Source: Selaginella moellendorffii
Taxonomy: Eukaryota; Plantae; Lycopodiophyta
Assembly: GCF_000143415.4 (NCBI RefSeq)
Contig: NW_003314263.1
Location: forward strand, 3,102,041-3,166,040
Direction of reading: 5' to 3'
DNA: 64,000 bases
Shown here: positions 1-12,000 of the stretch, piece by piece
Position numbering within the stretch: the first letter of the stretch is position 1
Layout of the letters: each line of letters opens with the position of its first letter
The notes under the pieces: generated by a model
Seen by the model: the letters and a program-made list of their open reading frames with translations, nothing else
Database searches by the model: none
What the model was told of the DNA's origin: nothing
Translations under genes and position numbers: made by a program

Positions 1-1862
1 GGATGAGGCTGTGCATTCACTGGGCGACCAGCCTCATCGGAATGGCATGAGGCCTCACGTGATAACCCTACAATCTGACGGCCAACATATTCACTGGGAT
101 GGCATGGGGCCCCACGCGATACTGCAAGCCTTTGCTCCTCCTCCAGCTGAACCTTGTATGGGGTTCGATCGACAAGGGCCTTATGCAAGGGTTGGCCATT
201 CAGCTCAGTCTACACACTTTGCAGAGACCTTAAGTGTTTTGCTAGGGACGCAATCATCATGTTTGCACCCCCGCCACCCCATAGAGGTACAAAGAAGTTC
301 CCATAGTTCTGGGCACCATGCCCATGAGCGATTATGCCAAACAGAGACACAGGCAGCTGCATGGATGAAGAGATTGCCTTGGGGGCAGGATTGAGTCGAG
401 GTAAGCACATCTTTTTCTGGTCCATTTTGTCGTGGATGATGCAGAGGTAAGAGTCAGGTCTCTTCATGGAGAGAATCCTGTTATGATAATATGCAGTCCT
501 GTAGCTTCTCTGCTCGATGTTGTGGTCAAGCCGCCTTCTAACCAACGTCTCTTGCTCTTGAGCGCTGCAAGAATTCTTCGACAAAGCCATTTTGATAGCA
601 GTGCACTCGTCACACTTTGAAAAGCTGGAGTACTTTCCTATACTCACATCCCTGAACCTGTTGCTCCACAATCTACTAAATCTAGATTGACTCAGCTTCC
701 TGTAGCCATTACTCTGGAGTTCCCGATTCACATCTTCCAATATGGCCCCCTTGGTATACATGGAAGGGAGAACTCGTTGGGTGTCTTGTGTTCCATCTTC
801 CAAGAGGCGGGTTTTATGTGGTTGCTGCTCGCTACATGTCTCGACAAACCTCTTGAAGATTGCCTCTCCATATACAACATGACCCTTGGTTTTGTGAGTA
901 CCGTCGTTCCCATGGACTGCCTGTTGAACCCTTTGTTCCTCGAACTAAGTTTTGATTCTATAGATTGTGCTTCGAGGGACTCCATAAATGATTCTCCATG
1001 CCTTCATGCAGACCAAACCCCTCTGGAAGACCATGCCCCCCACCTGATGTTCTGAAGCATCAACAGATGACCGTAATGCCTCATACATAAAATTGCGAGC
1101 TGCTTTCCAGGACAATGTCTTGTATCTTGCTCTCTCCTCTTCAATAGCATCTCAATCAGCATGTTGACAGCACCTCCTCTTGCAATAAGCAACTGTCGAG
1201 ACCATTCGAACCTCTATCACCATTTTCTGCCTTTTCGGTTCGTTGCTCAGATCCCTTTGGCTGCGCTTTAGGAAGGTGTACTTTCTTTTCCCATGAAGAG
1301 ATGTTCTGTCATCAATTGTAGTGGTGTTTGATTGTGAATCCTTCACATTCTCAAACACTAAATGCCTCAATTTCCACCGCACAATGCTTCCAATAGTCAG
1401 ACTGTTTTCTTCTGTGTCAACAACCTCTAAAATCGCAACTCTAATATCATCCCAGCCCAATTCTTGATTAGCAACCGCATCTCTTGGATTGACAACTGTG
1501 GCTAAGCCCTCAGCTACCACCTCCCCCTCGGGGTTGTTTAGAAACACCTTTGCCTGAATCCATGTAGCACGATTCTTAAGATCCACGGAGGGAACATGCG
1601 TCGCACTTGTGCTGTCCCCAACATTTGCTTTCTTCTGCAGATTTTTCAAGGCAACAACAACATTTACCCCGACGACCATCTCTCCTTGTTCAATAGCGAC
1701 CACATTCCCATCGAAGACAGTCTCTACTGATACAGCAGCATTGCCTTCCCCAAGCCTTTGACAGTGTATAACAAAGTTCCGATCCATAGACTCAAGGGTC
1801 CCTTTTGCAACTCTCTTCCCACCATTCAAAATGTAAACCTTTTCCCCAACCCTGAAGGCCAT
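1..1862 (-). pseudogene. Decayed transposase-like gene: 2x Tnp1/En/Spm-like beta domains, Cys-rich/HTH-like region, DUF7869-like (putative DDE) core; runs off the left edge
   Basis: ORF 1152..1862 has two 'VAxG...LG...VxVxxV' repeats and ends in CKRRCC. After a frameshift the frame of ORF 210..803 reads VCMKAWRIIYGVPRSTIYR..HGNDG..FSKCDEC..YLCIIHDKMDQKKMCLPR..GANMMI, motifs typical of DUF7869-type mobile-element proteins. In-frame stop at 210-212. Confidence 0.6.
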
Positions 1863-2599
1863 TTTGAAAGTGCAGAAAAGAAGTTAAGACCATACAAAAA
1901 ATGATTGGAGAATGGCCTAAATCATAACATACCAAATAGCATGAGGCCATATGCCATTATTCAAACATGCTATTGACACCCACGTGAAATTTCGCATTCA
2001 CAAAATTGGCATGAGGCCTCATGCCCTCTTGATATACACACAGCTGCAAGCAAGTAAAAACATACATGACAATACGCTAGCCATGAAATTGCAAGGGCCC
2101 AAGATGGCATGTGGCCTCATGCCATTTCTAAATGTGGTCTTGGAGCAAAATAACGGTCGGATCTATGGCAAATGCCCCTGAAACATTGTAAGGCTTTTGT
2201 GGTCTCATGTGCTGTCCGATCAAGATGCTTCTTTGCAGGGTCATCAAGAAGGACATTGTATACCATTCTGTAAAATCTAGTTGCGATCTAACGGCTGGAT
2301 CTCCAGAAAACTCAAAAAAATCTCGCGCGTGTCAAAATATTCTAGGAATGTACTCCTATGTGCCCCTGAAAATGGCATGCGGCCCCATGCCATTTAAGAG
2401 ATAACGCCAGATGACGCCGAGCATTCTTTGGTGCATTTTTTGGGATCAAAATTGCATGAGCCCACACGCTTGAACGTCACATCAAATCCTCTGACAATTT
2501 ATTTAGCTGAACATCTGGCATTTTTGGAAATACAAGATGCTTTGGAATATCCAATCATGCATGGTATAAATATAGCGAGGGTATTAAATGATATCCCAA

Positions 2600-2930
2600 T
2601 CATGATCTTTCTTTTGGATTTCGCGTGCATGCAGTCCGAGGAATGATGATGTTGCGGATTTCTTTTGGATTTCACGCATGCGCGCGGCGATCTAGAAATT
2701 AATGGTGGCACCCAAGTCCGAGGAATGATGACGTGGCGGGATTACCAACCGTCGTGACATTTCGCGCGTGTGAGGTTAGGTTTTGCATTTTGCTTCGTAC
2801 TCGCGCTCGCATCGCGCTCCCACTCGCGATCACGCTCACATTCGCACTCATCTACCTTCTCTACAGGTTTCTCGTGTGCATCGGCGTCCACTCGCGCTCG
2901 CATCGCGCTCGTGTGCATCGGCGTCCACTT
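2600..2930. repeat. GC-rich short direct repeats in the divergent intergenic region
   Basis: TCTTTTGGATTTC x2, GTCCGAGGAATGATGA x2, CGCGCTCGCATCGCGCTC x2, CTCGTGTGCATCGGCGTCCACT x2. Confidence 0.7.
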
Positions 2931-3130
2931 CAAGACACACCCAGTTTGTAACTTCGCTGCCAACTCCGCCGCCCACTCCACCACCCACACGCAGCCCACT
3001 TGGCGTCCTGGGAGATTTTAGTACCACTCTCCAACTGTAAGTGGCAGAGTAGCCTTGCTGCTACGATCCGCTACACACACAGTGCACATTCGCCAGCGAG
3101 TCCAGTTGTCACACCTCCATTCGGCTTCAA

Positions 3131-6100
3131 ATGGTAAGTCTTTTAGGCCAAGTAGAAAATGGCATGAGGCCACATGCCATTCAGTAGCAACATTGGCATG
3201 CACTGATTGGGCTCTCGAGTGTAGTCCGGTTACAGATGGCGTGTAGCCTCACGCCATCTTAGGATGCAACCTCAATACATCTGATGCAGTGCTGAATGGT
3301 GTGTGGCCTCACGTTATTTCCAGCTGCTAGCTTTTCATCTGTCAGCTCTAATTGTTGTGCATTTCTGAACAGGCGAGGAATTGCGTTCTTCTTCTAGCCA
3401 CTGTCAATGTGGATGCAGAGAAGGGGGAGGAGCTCACCAGTTAGACTTTCGGGATGGAAGGCGAGGATCTGAAGCTGTACAACACAGATGGTGGGAGAAA
3501 AGAATGCATGGGGATCCTCATCCAAGTGACAGACACTCCATGCAGTTCCATGCAAGAATATGGACTAGCACTTGTGGTAGAGATAGCGTCCGCCTTCAAG
3601 ATCCACCTTGCACATCCTAGCGGCTTCCCGGAGGGGGGCAGCGGTTATGAGGAATTCCTAGAGGGAGCTATGGAGAGGTTGTCCAGGAGGCCCACAATTT
3701 CAAAGACGCTGCGAGTCTATGAAGATCACATGGAATCCACGGACCTCACCTACGGCGATGTTCAAAACTATATTCCAACATTGAGCCGTTGAGAGTGCCT
3801 CTAGTTCGCGAAGCGAAGGGGAAGGGGGTCGATCTGGAAACTACCCCAAAGCAGAAAAGGGTGGTCAAGCTCAAGCCGACGTCCGACTCTCCTCCAAAAA
3901 AGAAGCTACTCGGTGATGCCATTGCCTCGGGTTCGAACACTACACCCACCAAAAAGAAGAGCCGCAAAGAGCAGAAAGAGCAAGAAGAGGTAGCAAAAAT
4001 CGTCGCAGATAATAGTACTTGTTACTATTCCAACAAAGTATATACAATCGACGTGAGCCGTATCGACATCCAAAGCAAATACAACCACATGCTAGTATCT
4101 GATGAGTGGGTGGAGAAACTGAAGCAGAAGATGCTGGCAAGTCCAATAACACCCGACATCGCCGACGTGATCCCCTACTACCGAACAATGAAGGGCGAGA
4201 CGAGGTTTCCAGACTTGATCAATAGGAAGGTGTTGGACGATCAGAACATCCGGTTCTATGCCGTCTCTGGGCAGCATTCTAGCTTGGCGATGCAAGAGAT
4301 AGTTGTGGATATTATGGTGGGCGAGGAGGTGAAGAAAGTCTTCAAGACAAGAGTTGTCCGCCTGATAAAAGGCAACTCGCCCCTCCGATCTATCATATAC
4401 ATCTCCCACGCGTAGAATGTCAAGCAAGAAACGTGCTACAAATCGGGTCTGCACGAGACATTGGCACGAACACGGAAGCTCTGGGTTCAACTGAAGAAGC
4501 CACAAAAACCAGGACAAGGACGTGCACTAGCAACTAGTGCCTAGCAGGTAAGCCTCGTTGCATGTGGCATAGCATGTGGCCTCACGCCATTTCCATTGCA
4601 GGAATTCTCGAGTCTTCTCTCGAAAACACTGGGGGACAATGACACACTCAGCATCCATAACATTCTACTCGCGACAAAAGTTGTTTTTGACAAATGGGTA
4701 GATGTGCTGAGGAGGTACCATGACGGGGAGTTACTAAACTCAATGGGTGTGGAGGACGGCCGGAAGCCCAATGATTTGAAGCTCAACGCCTTGCGTTTCT
4801 CGCGGTCTCTAGACGACGACGGCCTTCTGACAGTGGCTAATGCTCTTCTACGTGGTGAGGTAGTCTTCAACAAGACCAAAATGACTCCCGGCCATATTGT
4901 GACATACGAGGACTTGTGCACGACTCTGAGAGCTCATGCGCTATTGAAGGATTGGATCTTCGAGCAAGTGGCCGTGGAGAGGGTGAGCATCGACACCACG
5001 CAAGAGATGATGGAAGCGCTGGATTTGTCAAATGAAGACATCGACGAGTACATGAAGGGGGCCCCTAAGTTCATCGATCTGCTGCGGGATGCCACGAAAA
5101 GGAAAGCTGAGAAGTTGGATCAGTATCCAAATTTCATTAAGAGTGATGTCGACCGCCGGCTTCAGAAACAGCTCGACCCCGCAGCAGAGGCCTATCGAGA
5201 ACCTTACCGGGTATACTTGAATTCGGATGAGGATCAAAGGTGGAGGAGCATCGTTTCCCGGTCAGGACTTCGTTTCCCAGCAGGTCAAGAACATCTTTTG
5301 TGTGATGGACTTCACAAACGAGGAGATCACTCATGCAGACGAAGTTAGCTCCATCATTGACTTAATGGTGGGACTTGCGAAGGTGGAATCTTCAGTCCAC
5401 TATATGATCTACGACTCCGAATCCTATCACAAGTTCTGGAAGGCCTTGAACGAGGTGAAAGCTCGGTTGAAAGGCAAGGAGATGCGGGAGATCCATGGGA
5501 TAATGGCTAAGCAGAAGATACCGACGAATGTCCGCATCTTCACACTCGCCCTTGTTATTGGTCCTGCAACAGAGTGGGACTGGAGTGACTTCCCAGCTTC
5601 GTTCGACAAGGCCAATCGAATTGATCTGAGGGAGGTCAATTTACCCGTGCCTGAGGAACTGAAGACGGCTATGGAGCTTTCGAATCCAAAGAAAGCTCTA
5701 GGTGCAGCATGGGAAATGCTCAGCTGGGTCTTCAACGCAATAGCGGGTGGGTCACCTGCTTCCGACTCCAAGGGCAAATGCGTTGTCGAGTACAACTGCG
5801 GCGGACTATTCTTTCGAGCCGCACTACTCAAGGGTGTCCCGTGTGTTGCGGTGACAAACTCCATTGAAGAGGTGACTTCAATGGAGCATATAATTACAGT
5901 TGCCAAAGAAAAACAGTATCTTCTCTACAAACCTGGTGAGTATGCACTTTAAGTTTAAATGTTATCTCACAAGCTCTGTATGCAGGAGCGTGGCCACCCC
6001 CAGATGTGAAACGGCGTTAACAGCTACTGTTGAAGATACCCATGTTGGGCCAAGCTCACAACCTACACAAGGTAAGGTCACGTGAGGCCTCACACCATTT

Positions 6101-8642
6101 TGATTATAGATCGTTGTGAATATTCAGACACGAGGACTGAAAAGCGCACTGGTGGCGCGTCGAAGAAGGACAAACAGACAAGCAATAGGAAAAAAGGAGG
6201 TACAAATTATATTTGCAATGGCGTGAGGTCTCATGCCATTCCTTGCAAGAGACACTTCTTCAAAGGCAAAACAGGCAAGCACCAGCCAAGCTCAAACTGA
6301 CAGTGGTCATAAAAAGCGAAAGCACGTTGGACAGTCGTCGGGATCAGAGGCGTTTGATTCGAAAAGGAAGAAGGGCAACGAAAAGATGATAGGTAATGCC
6401 TCGCAGTTATGGCGTGTGTGCTCTGCCATTCATTGCAGATCAAGGGCTGAGTGAAAGCAGGCAGTCACCACCTCCTGACTCAGATTCCTATGGCGGACTC
6501 CCCTTCCCCAATCTCAATGGAGAGGTACAATGGATGAGGGATGATTTTCAATCTAGGGCCACGTTTTTCTCATCTCATCGTCTTCGAAGGGTGCAAGAAC
6601 GTGCAGAAACTAGAAGATGGTCCTGGAAGAACAAGCCATCCAGCCTGAGCAGCCTATGGAAGAAATGCAGGAGGGGGATGAGGAGCCAGAGAAAGATAAT
6701 GAGCAGGAAGAGCAAAAGGACGAAGACGAGGACAAAGAAGAGGAGGACGAAGAGGACTTGGATGGTCCTCACAATGGTGACGATCACAATAACGACGACG
6801 ACGATGATGACGACAATGGCCAGCCTGAGGTGGCCAAAGAGCAGCGGAGGAAGGTCATACAAGACAAACCATCAGGTAAATAATAGTACATCCATTCCTA
6901 ACCTTTTACCATTTCTAACATCGTCCATGTAGGTCGCAGAGCAAATGGTAAGAAGAGATTATTCAGTTGAATTTACAAACTCTAGCCTTTTGTGTCGAGG
7001 AAGGATAGTGCCAAGCAAGGGTCGAAACGTATGTCCAATCCTTCAGAATCAGCAATGCGCCCAAGTGATATCGGTCTTAGTTCCTCAATAGCAGTTGATA
7101 GTAAATACAGTATAGTCGATTCAATGTGCTAATGAGTTTGTTTTTAGTAGCACGGGAGGATACCATCTCAATCGAAGGGAGATATTTGGACATGCATATG
7201 GATCCGCCAGTGGACTCTACTTGCCTGCAAGAGTCATCAGAGCTGGTGGAGGCTACTATCCATATCAACGCCAAGCAAGCTGACCACGCTCCACTTGATG
7301 CTACCTATACCACTGAGTCAATCTTGTCCACGTATCCAACTGACGGTGACCAGGCGCCATTGGACCCGCATGAGGCCGCCCCAGCCACCGAGCCGGTCGT
7401 ATCCTCATTTCCAATGGACTCAACGTGTGCCCAATCGTCTGACTACGCGCCGTTGGAACCTCCCTACACCGCCCCTGCTGCCTGTTCGGTCATGTCCACT
7501 TTGCCAACGGAGGCACCAGTTGAAATGGCGTATGATCACACGCCATCGGAACCACCCCATGCCACTATTGAGCCAGTTGTACCAGAGTCTACAGCTGAAA
7601 TGGCATGTGCCCACACGCCATCGGATGCGATTGACCCCACATTGCAGAGGAGAGTATTTCCGCCCTTCACGTTTCCTCGACCAAAACCCTCTCAACGACC
7701 ATCGGGAGCACCATTCGCTAATATTGTAGATGGTAAAATTGACTTGTACCACTTTTTATGCTGACGCATTTCATTTCAGAGTCACGGCGAAGGTACTGTA
7801 TCGTTTTTGATCTGAACGGTGTTCTTTTCTCCCATGAGCGTGGCTCGTCCTCGAATGTCACTGCACCCTCCAAAGCCTGCGGTCGCAAGTTGGTCAAAAG
7901 AGACAGATTCACATTAATCACACGGGAGAAACTGCGGCATCTAATAATGACCATGCGACACTTAAAATAGAGGGCCGGGTTCAATTTGCAATTGGGAGTT
8001 TGGACATCCATGATGCGCCACAATGCATTAACGTTGCTACAGATGATACATGATCAGACGCGAGTAATATTACCATTTGACTTTCTCCTAACGCAGGAGG
8101 ATTGCTTGACTATGGTCCATGTGAGGGGTAGCAAGCCCATCTTCGTTAAGCCAGAGGCTGTAGTGATGAACCGGACTGCTAGGTCAAGTGAAATCCTCAT
8201 CATCGATGACTCGCCGATTAAAACTGCAGCGAACACGCACACATATGCAGTGCACCCCATCTCTTGCAGTATGGAAACTAGGGAGAAGAAACCGTATGTT
8301 CTGGGGGACCTTGCAAAACGGCTTGGAGCGATGGTGATAGAGAACCGGCCAGTCCAGGAGGTGGCTGCAGAAATCAACCAAATGGCAGATGGAATGGTAT
8401 ATCAGAAGCCATTTGATCGGACAGACACCAGTCATCATTTATGGCATGTATATTGTCTAGCCAAGCACTATCTGCATCTCCATAATCTGCTCAACCGGAT
8501 GGGTTCTTCAACCACTGAACATGAGCGTGGACGTATTAGAGAAGAGATGGCATTACTATTGGGTTTAAATCCTGATAGTGTGGAGAGTGATGAAATTCCA
8601 AGATTATTGTATAGGCGTTGGAGGCAAAAAATAACAGTCTGA
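3131..8642 (+). pseudogene. Multi-exon element-borne gene: ParB/Srx-like domain, degenerate Rossmann/DNA-MTase-like region, acidic/low-complexity linker, peptide repeats, FCP1/NIF-type HAD phosphatase
   Basis: ATG 3131 followed by GT-AG intron 3134-3372 lands in the frame of ORF 3454. Introns 4548-4601, 6072-6127, 6393-6438 and 7733-7779 preserve frame. Motifs: RFYAVSGQHSSLAM; KCVVEYNCGGLFFRAALLKG; YCIVFDLNGVLF..GVWTS..ILIIDDSPIK. Premature TAGs at 3442, 4413, 4542 and 7968, plus frameshifts. Exon links at 6.5-7.15 kb are less certain. Confidence 0.6.
7780..8642 (+). pseudogene. FCP1/NIF-like HAD-superfamily phosphatase domain exon
   Basis: HAD motif I variant DLNGVL, motif II WTS, motif IV IDDSPxK. 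ORFs 7758..7970 and 7986..8642 are in the same frame, separated by one TAG. Confidence 0.75.
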
Positions 8643-9099
8643 GATGGCATGTATTTATTTAAAAATGTAACTTATTATGGCATGGGGTTCCATGCCATTG
8701 TATTAATATTAAAAGACAATTCTTTGAGAGGATTTGCATTATACTAGAAGTGTTACAGCATGTTATTGGAAGTCTACGAAGTTGTTTTATTAATAAGGGG
8801 AAAGTAAAGATTGAATGGGGACTTGGGCTCCATCTAGACTCGGAGCAACTGAGCCAATATTAAAAGGATGGAAAGAAATTAGATGACGATGACAAGGAGA
8901 AGAGAGAGGTGAAGCAGTGGCAGGGGGAGGAGAAGTGATTGAGTAGACATTTCCTTGTTTAAAATAAAATGGCATGTGCCTCAATGCAGTTGAATTTTGT
9001 TATATTTATATACTATATAAAGGTTTGGAAACTTTATTTTACAAGTGGGATAATGACAATTCCCACCTTAACGAAATAGAGCTTCTTAGGGGTCTCGTC

Positions 9100-12000
9100 C
9101 TACCTCGATCTATATTGCAGAGTTCCAACTCCTTGCCTTGGACAATCAATGGGATGAGCAGGCCTTGATTGACCAATTTTGTTTTAGCCTCAACAACGGT
9201 GTCAAGGATTTGTTGCTCACCATGAAGGATCCCATGGATCTGTCGGATGCCATCAACAAAGCTGTTCGATGCGACAATTGTCTCTTTGAACGTCGTCAGG
9301 AAAGTTGCTGCACCACCGTTTTCCCGTCCCAGACTCAGGAATCCTAGCTTGAGTCTTCGGGGCATACTCCTGAACCTACTGCTCCGGTCCCAATGGATAT
9401 CTCTAGTACTCCCCGACTCATCAAAGGGAAGTTGAGTCCTGCTGAGAAGCAACGTCAAATATCTCATAATCTTTGCCTCTACTGTGCTGATCCTAATCAC
9501 AAAGCAGCTGTGTGTCCCAAGAAGCCTCCCCGACTGCTCGAGTTCACTCTGCCTCAAAATCCACCTCCATTGCAATTGGGAAACGACCCTGTCCAAACAG
9601 AGTATGAGCTGTCTGTTTGGACTCCCCGAATAAAAATCACTTTTCTTCTTTATCAAGCTCCCCACCACTTTTCATCAAAGCCACCACCAATTCCCGCAAC
9701 TTTTGCGTCCCATGTCTCCTTTCTTTCATCGGACAATCAGGACTCAAGGCTCTGGCACTACTGGACTCGGGTGCAACTTCCTGCTTCATGGACATGGACT
9801 TTGTTGCCTGACATCACGTTCCTCTTTCTTCTACCATATGGGATTTGAGGGTTTAAGGCATCGGCGGGCATTTTGTGTCTCCATCTTCTGGACTTAGGGA
9901 AACGTTGCCCGTTCGAGTACACATCGGGTCCACCATCACCAATATCGCCTTCAACATCATCAACAGCGAATCCTCCTCTGTGGTGCTCGGCCTTCCTTGG
10001 TTCCAACTACATCAGCCTCAGATCTGTTGGAAGGAATTACAGCTTGTCTCTCCCACATCATCATCTTCCACAGCTTCCCCTGCTATTCATCGAGTCTGAA
10101 TCAGGAAAAGTTCCCTAAACTCAAATCGGGGTTCTGTTCCTGACTCTACAAAGTTCTCACCCTCTTCTTTTTCCTCTCTTCCATCTTACATTAAACAGTA
10201 TCCTCATCTCATCATTCCATTTAATCGTACGTTTCCTTCTATCTCCACAATCATTATGAAAGAACTCCTTCATGAAGAACCTCTTTTCCTTTTTGCTTTG
10301 CATGTTTTTCTTGTCAATCTTCCTGAGAAGTATCATGATTTTAGGGATGTGTTTGACAGGAAAAAAGCTAGTGTACTACCTATTCATTGGCCTTATGACT
10401 GTCCCATTGATTTATAGGAAGGAGCGTCACCTCCGTGGCTACGGGTTATCCCCATCCGAGCTTAAGGCCCTCAAAGAGTACATGGATGAGAACCTTGCCT
10501 TGGGGTACATTCAACATTTGCAGTCCCCAGCTAGAGCACTTGTCTTCTTTGTCAAGAAGAAGTATGGGAGTTTGCAGTTAGTCATCGACTACCAAGGTTT
10601 GAACAAGGTGATTGTTCGGAACCGTTATCCGCTACCCCTGATCTCATACCTGTTGGAACGCCTTGGTGGTGCCCACTTCTTCACCAAGATCAACCTCCAT
10701 GGAACATACAACCTGATCTAGATCCAGCCTGGTGATGAATGGAAAATTGCGTTCCAAACCCACTATGGCCACTTCGAGTACACTATCATGCCATTTGGCT
10801 TGACAAATGCTCCAGTAGTTTTCTAACATATGGCGAACGATGTCTTTCGAGAGTTTCTTAATCAGATGGTGATCGTCTACCTTGATGACATCCTCATCTA
10901 CTCAAAAACTTAGGAGGAGCACGACGAGCATATGCACAAGGTGTTGGCGAAGCTGCAGGAACACGGTCGATATGCGAAGCTTGAGAAATGTTCCTTCGAT
11001 TAGGAGTCTATGGAGTTCCTTGGATACATTGTCACTCCTAAGGGTATCACGATGGATCCTGCCAAAGTCAAAACTATTTTCGAATGGGAGCCTCCACAAT
11101 CAATGTTGGACGTTCAAATTTTCCTTGGCTTCGCCAACTTCTACCGCAAATTCATTGATCACTACTCTGACATTGTCCTTCCTCTCACGCATCTCACTCG
11201 CAAGGATGTTCCCTTCTCTTGGTCTTCTGCTGCTTAGTAGGCCTTCGACACACTCAAGGCGGCCTTTAGTTCTGCTCCCGTCTTGATCCATGCTGATCCC
11301 TCACAACCTTTCTTCATCGAGGCTGACACCTCCGACTTTGCCATCAGTGCTATGCTGTCTCAACTTAGAGCAGATTAGGAATTCATCCGGTCATTTTCCA
11401 TTCTCGGAAATTCCAACTTGCGAAGATCAATTATGAAATCCACAACAAGGAGCTCCTTGCCATCATGGATTCCTTTGGAAAGTGGCGTCGTTTTTTGGAG
11501 GGGGCGGGCCATCAAACAATAGTCTGGACGGATCACAAAAATCTCGAGTACTTTGCCACTTCCCGAGTTTCGAGCCATCGTCAAGCAAGGTGGGCACAAT
11601 TCCTGAGTCGGTTTGACTTTGTTATCAAGTACAGATCTAGAAAGCTTCAAGGCCTTCCTGATGCTCTTTCAAGGCGCTCCTATCTTAGTCTCAGGCCTGG
11701 TAATCCTACCTTCGATCAACAGGATCAAGTTATCCTTGGTCCTGATCGACTTCAAGTTATAGCAATTTCTCTGGCCCCTCAGGGCTCCTCCTTGATGGAT
11801 GCGATCAGAAATGATCTTCAATCTGATGACCTCGCCAGCGACATTTTCCCCCATCTTCAAGCTGGACACCTAGTGACTCCCGACTGCTGGTGATTTAACG
11901 AGTTTGAATTCTTAGATGGCTTGTTGTACCATGGGGAGCAGCTTTACGTTCCTAAAGGTGATGCTCAAAAGTTGGTCCTGATGGCATGCTACAATAGCCC

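Larger units (their letters stand above)
42..8990. repeat. Dispersed 22-bp imperfect palindrome ATGGCRTG-(N)GGCC(N)-CAYGCCAT, ~16 copies
   Basis: Copies start at 42, 99, 1936, 2006, 2104, 2372, 3159, 3236, 3296, 4569, 6077, 6218, 6409, 7525, 7600, 8677; a degenerate copy starts at 8969. Confidence 0.9.
1..9000. mobile_element. Putative large DNA transposon relic (transposase gene, divergent accessory gene, dispersed palindromes); termini not identified
   Basis: Two divergent decayed genes share the same 22-bp palindrome, which I did not find right of ~9.0 kb. No TIR or TSD is visible in the window. Confidence 0.55.

Noticed and set aside
6575-6862. Hydrophobic minus-strand ORF as a membrane protein
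   Set aside because: Antisense shadow of the Glu/Asp-rich exon on the plus strand.
42-8990. Palindromic repeats as a CRISPR array or bacterial REP elements
   Set aside because: Spacing is irregular (tens to >1000 bp), copies lie in spliceosomal introns and exons, there are no cas genes, and the context is eukaryotic.
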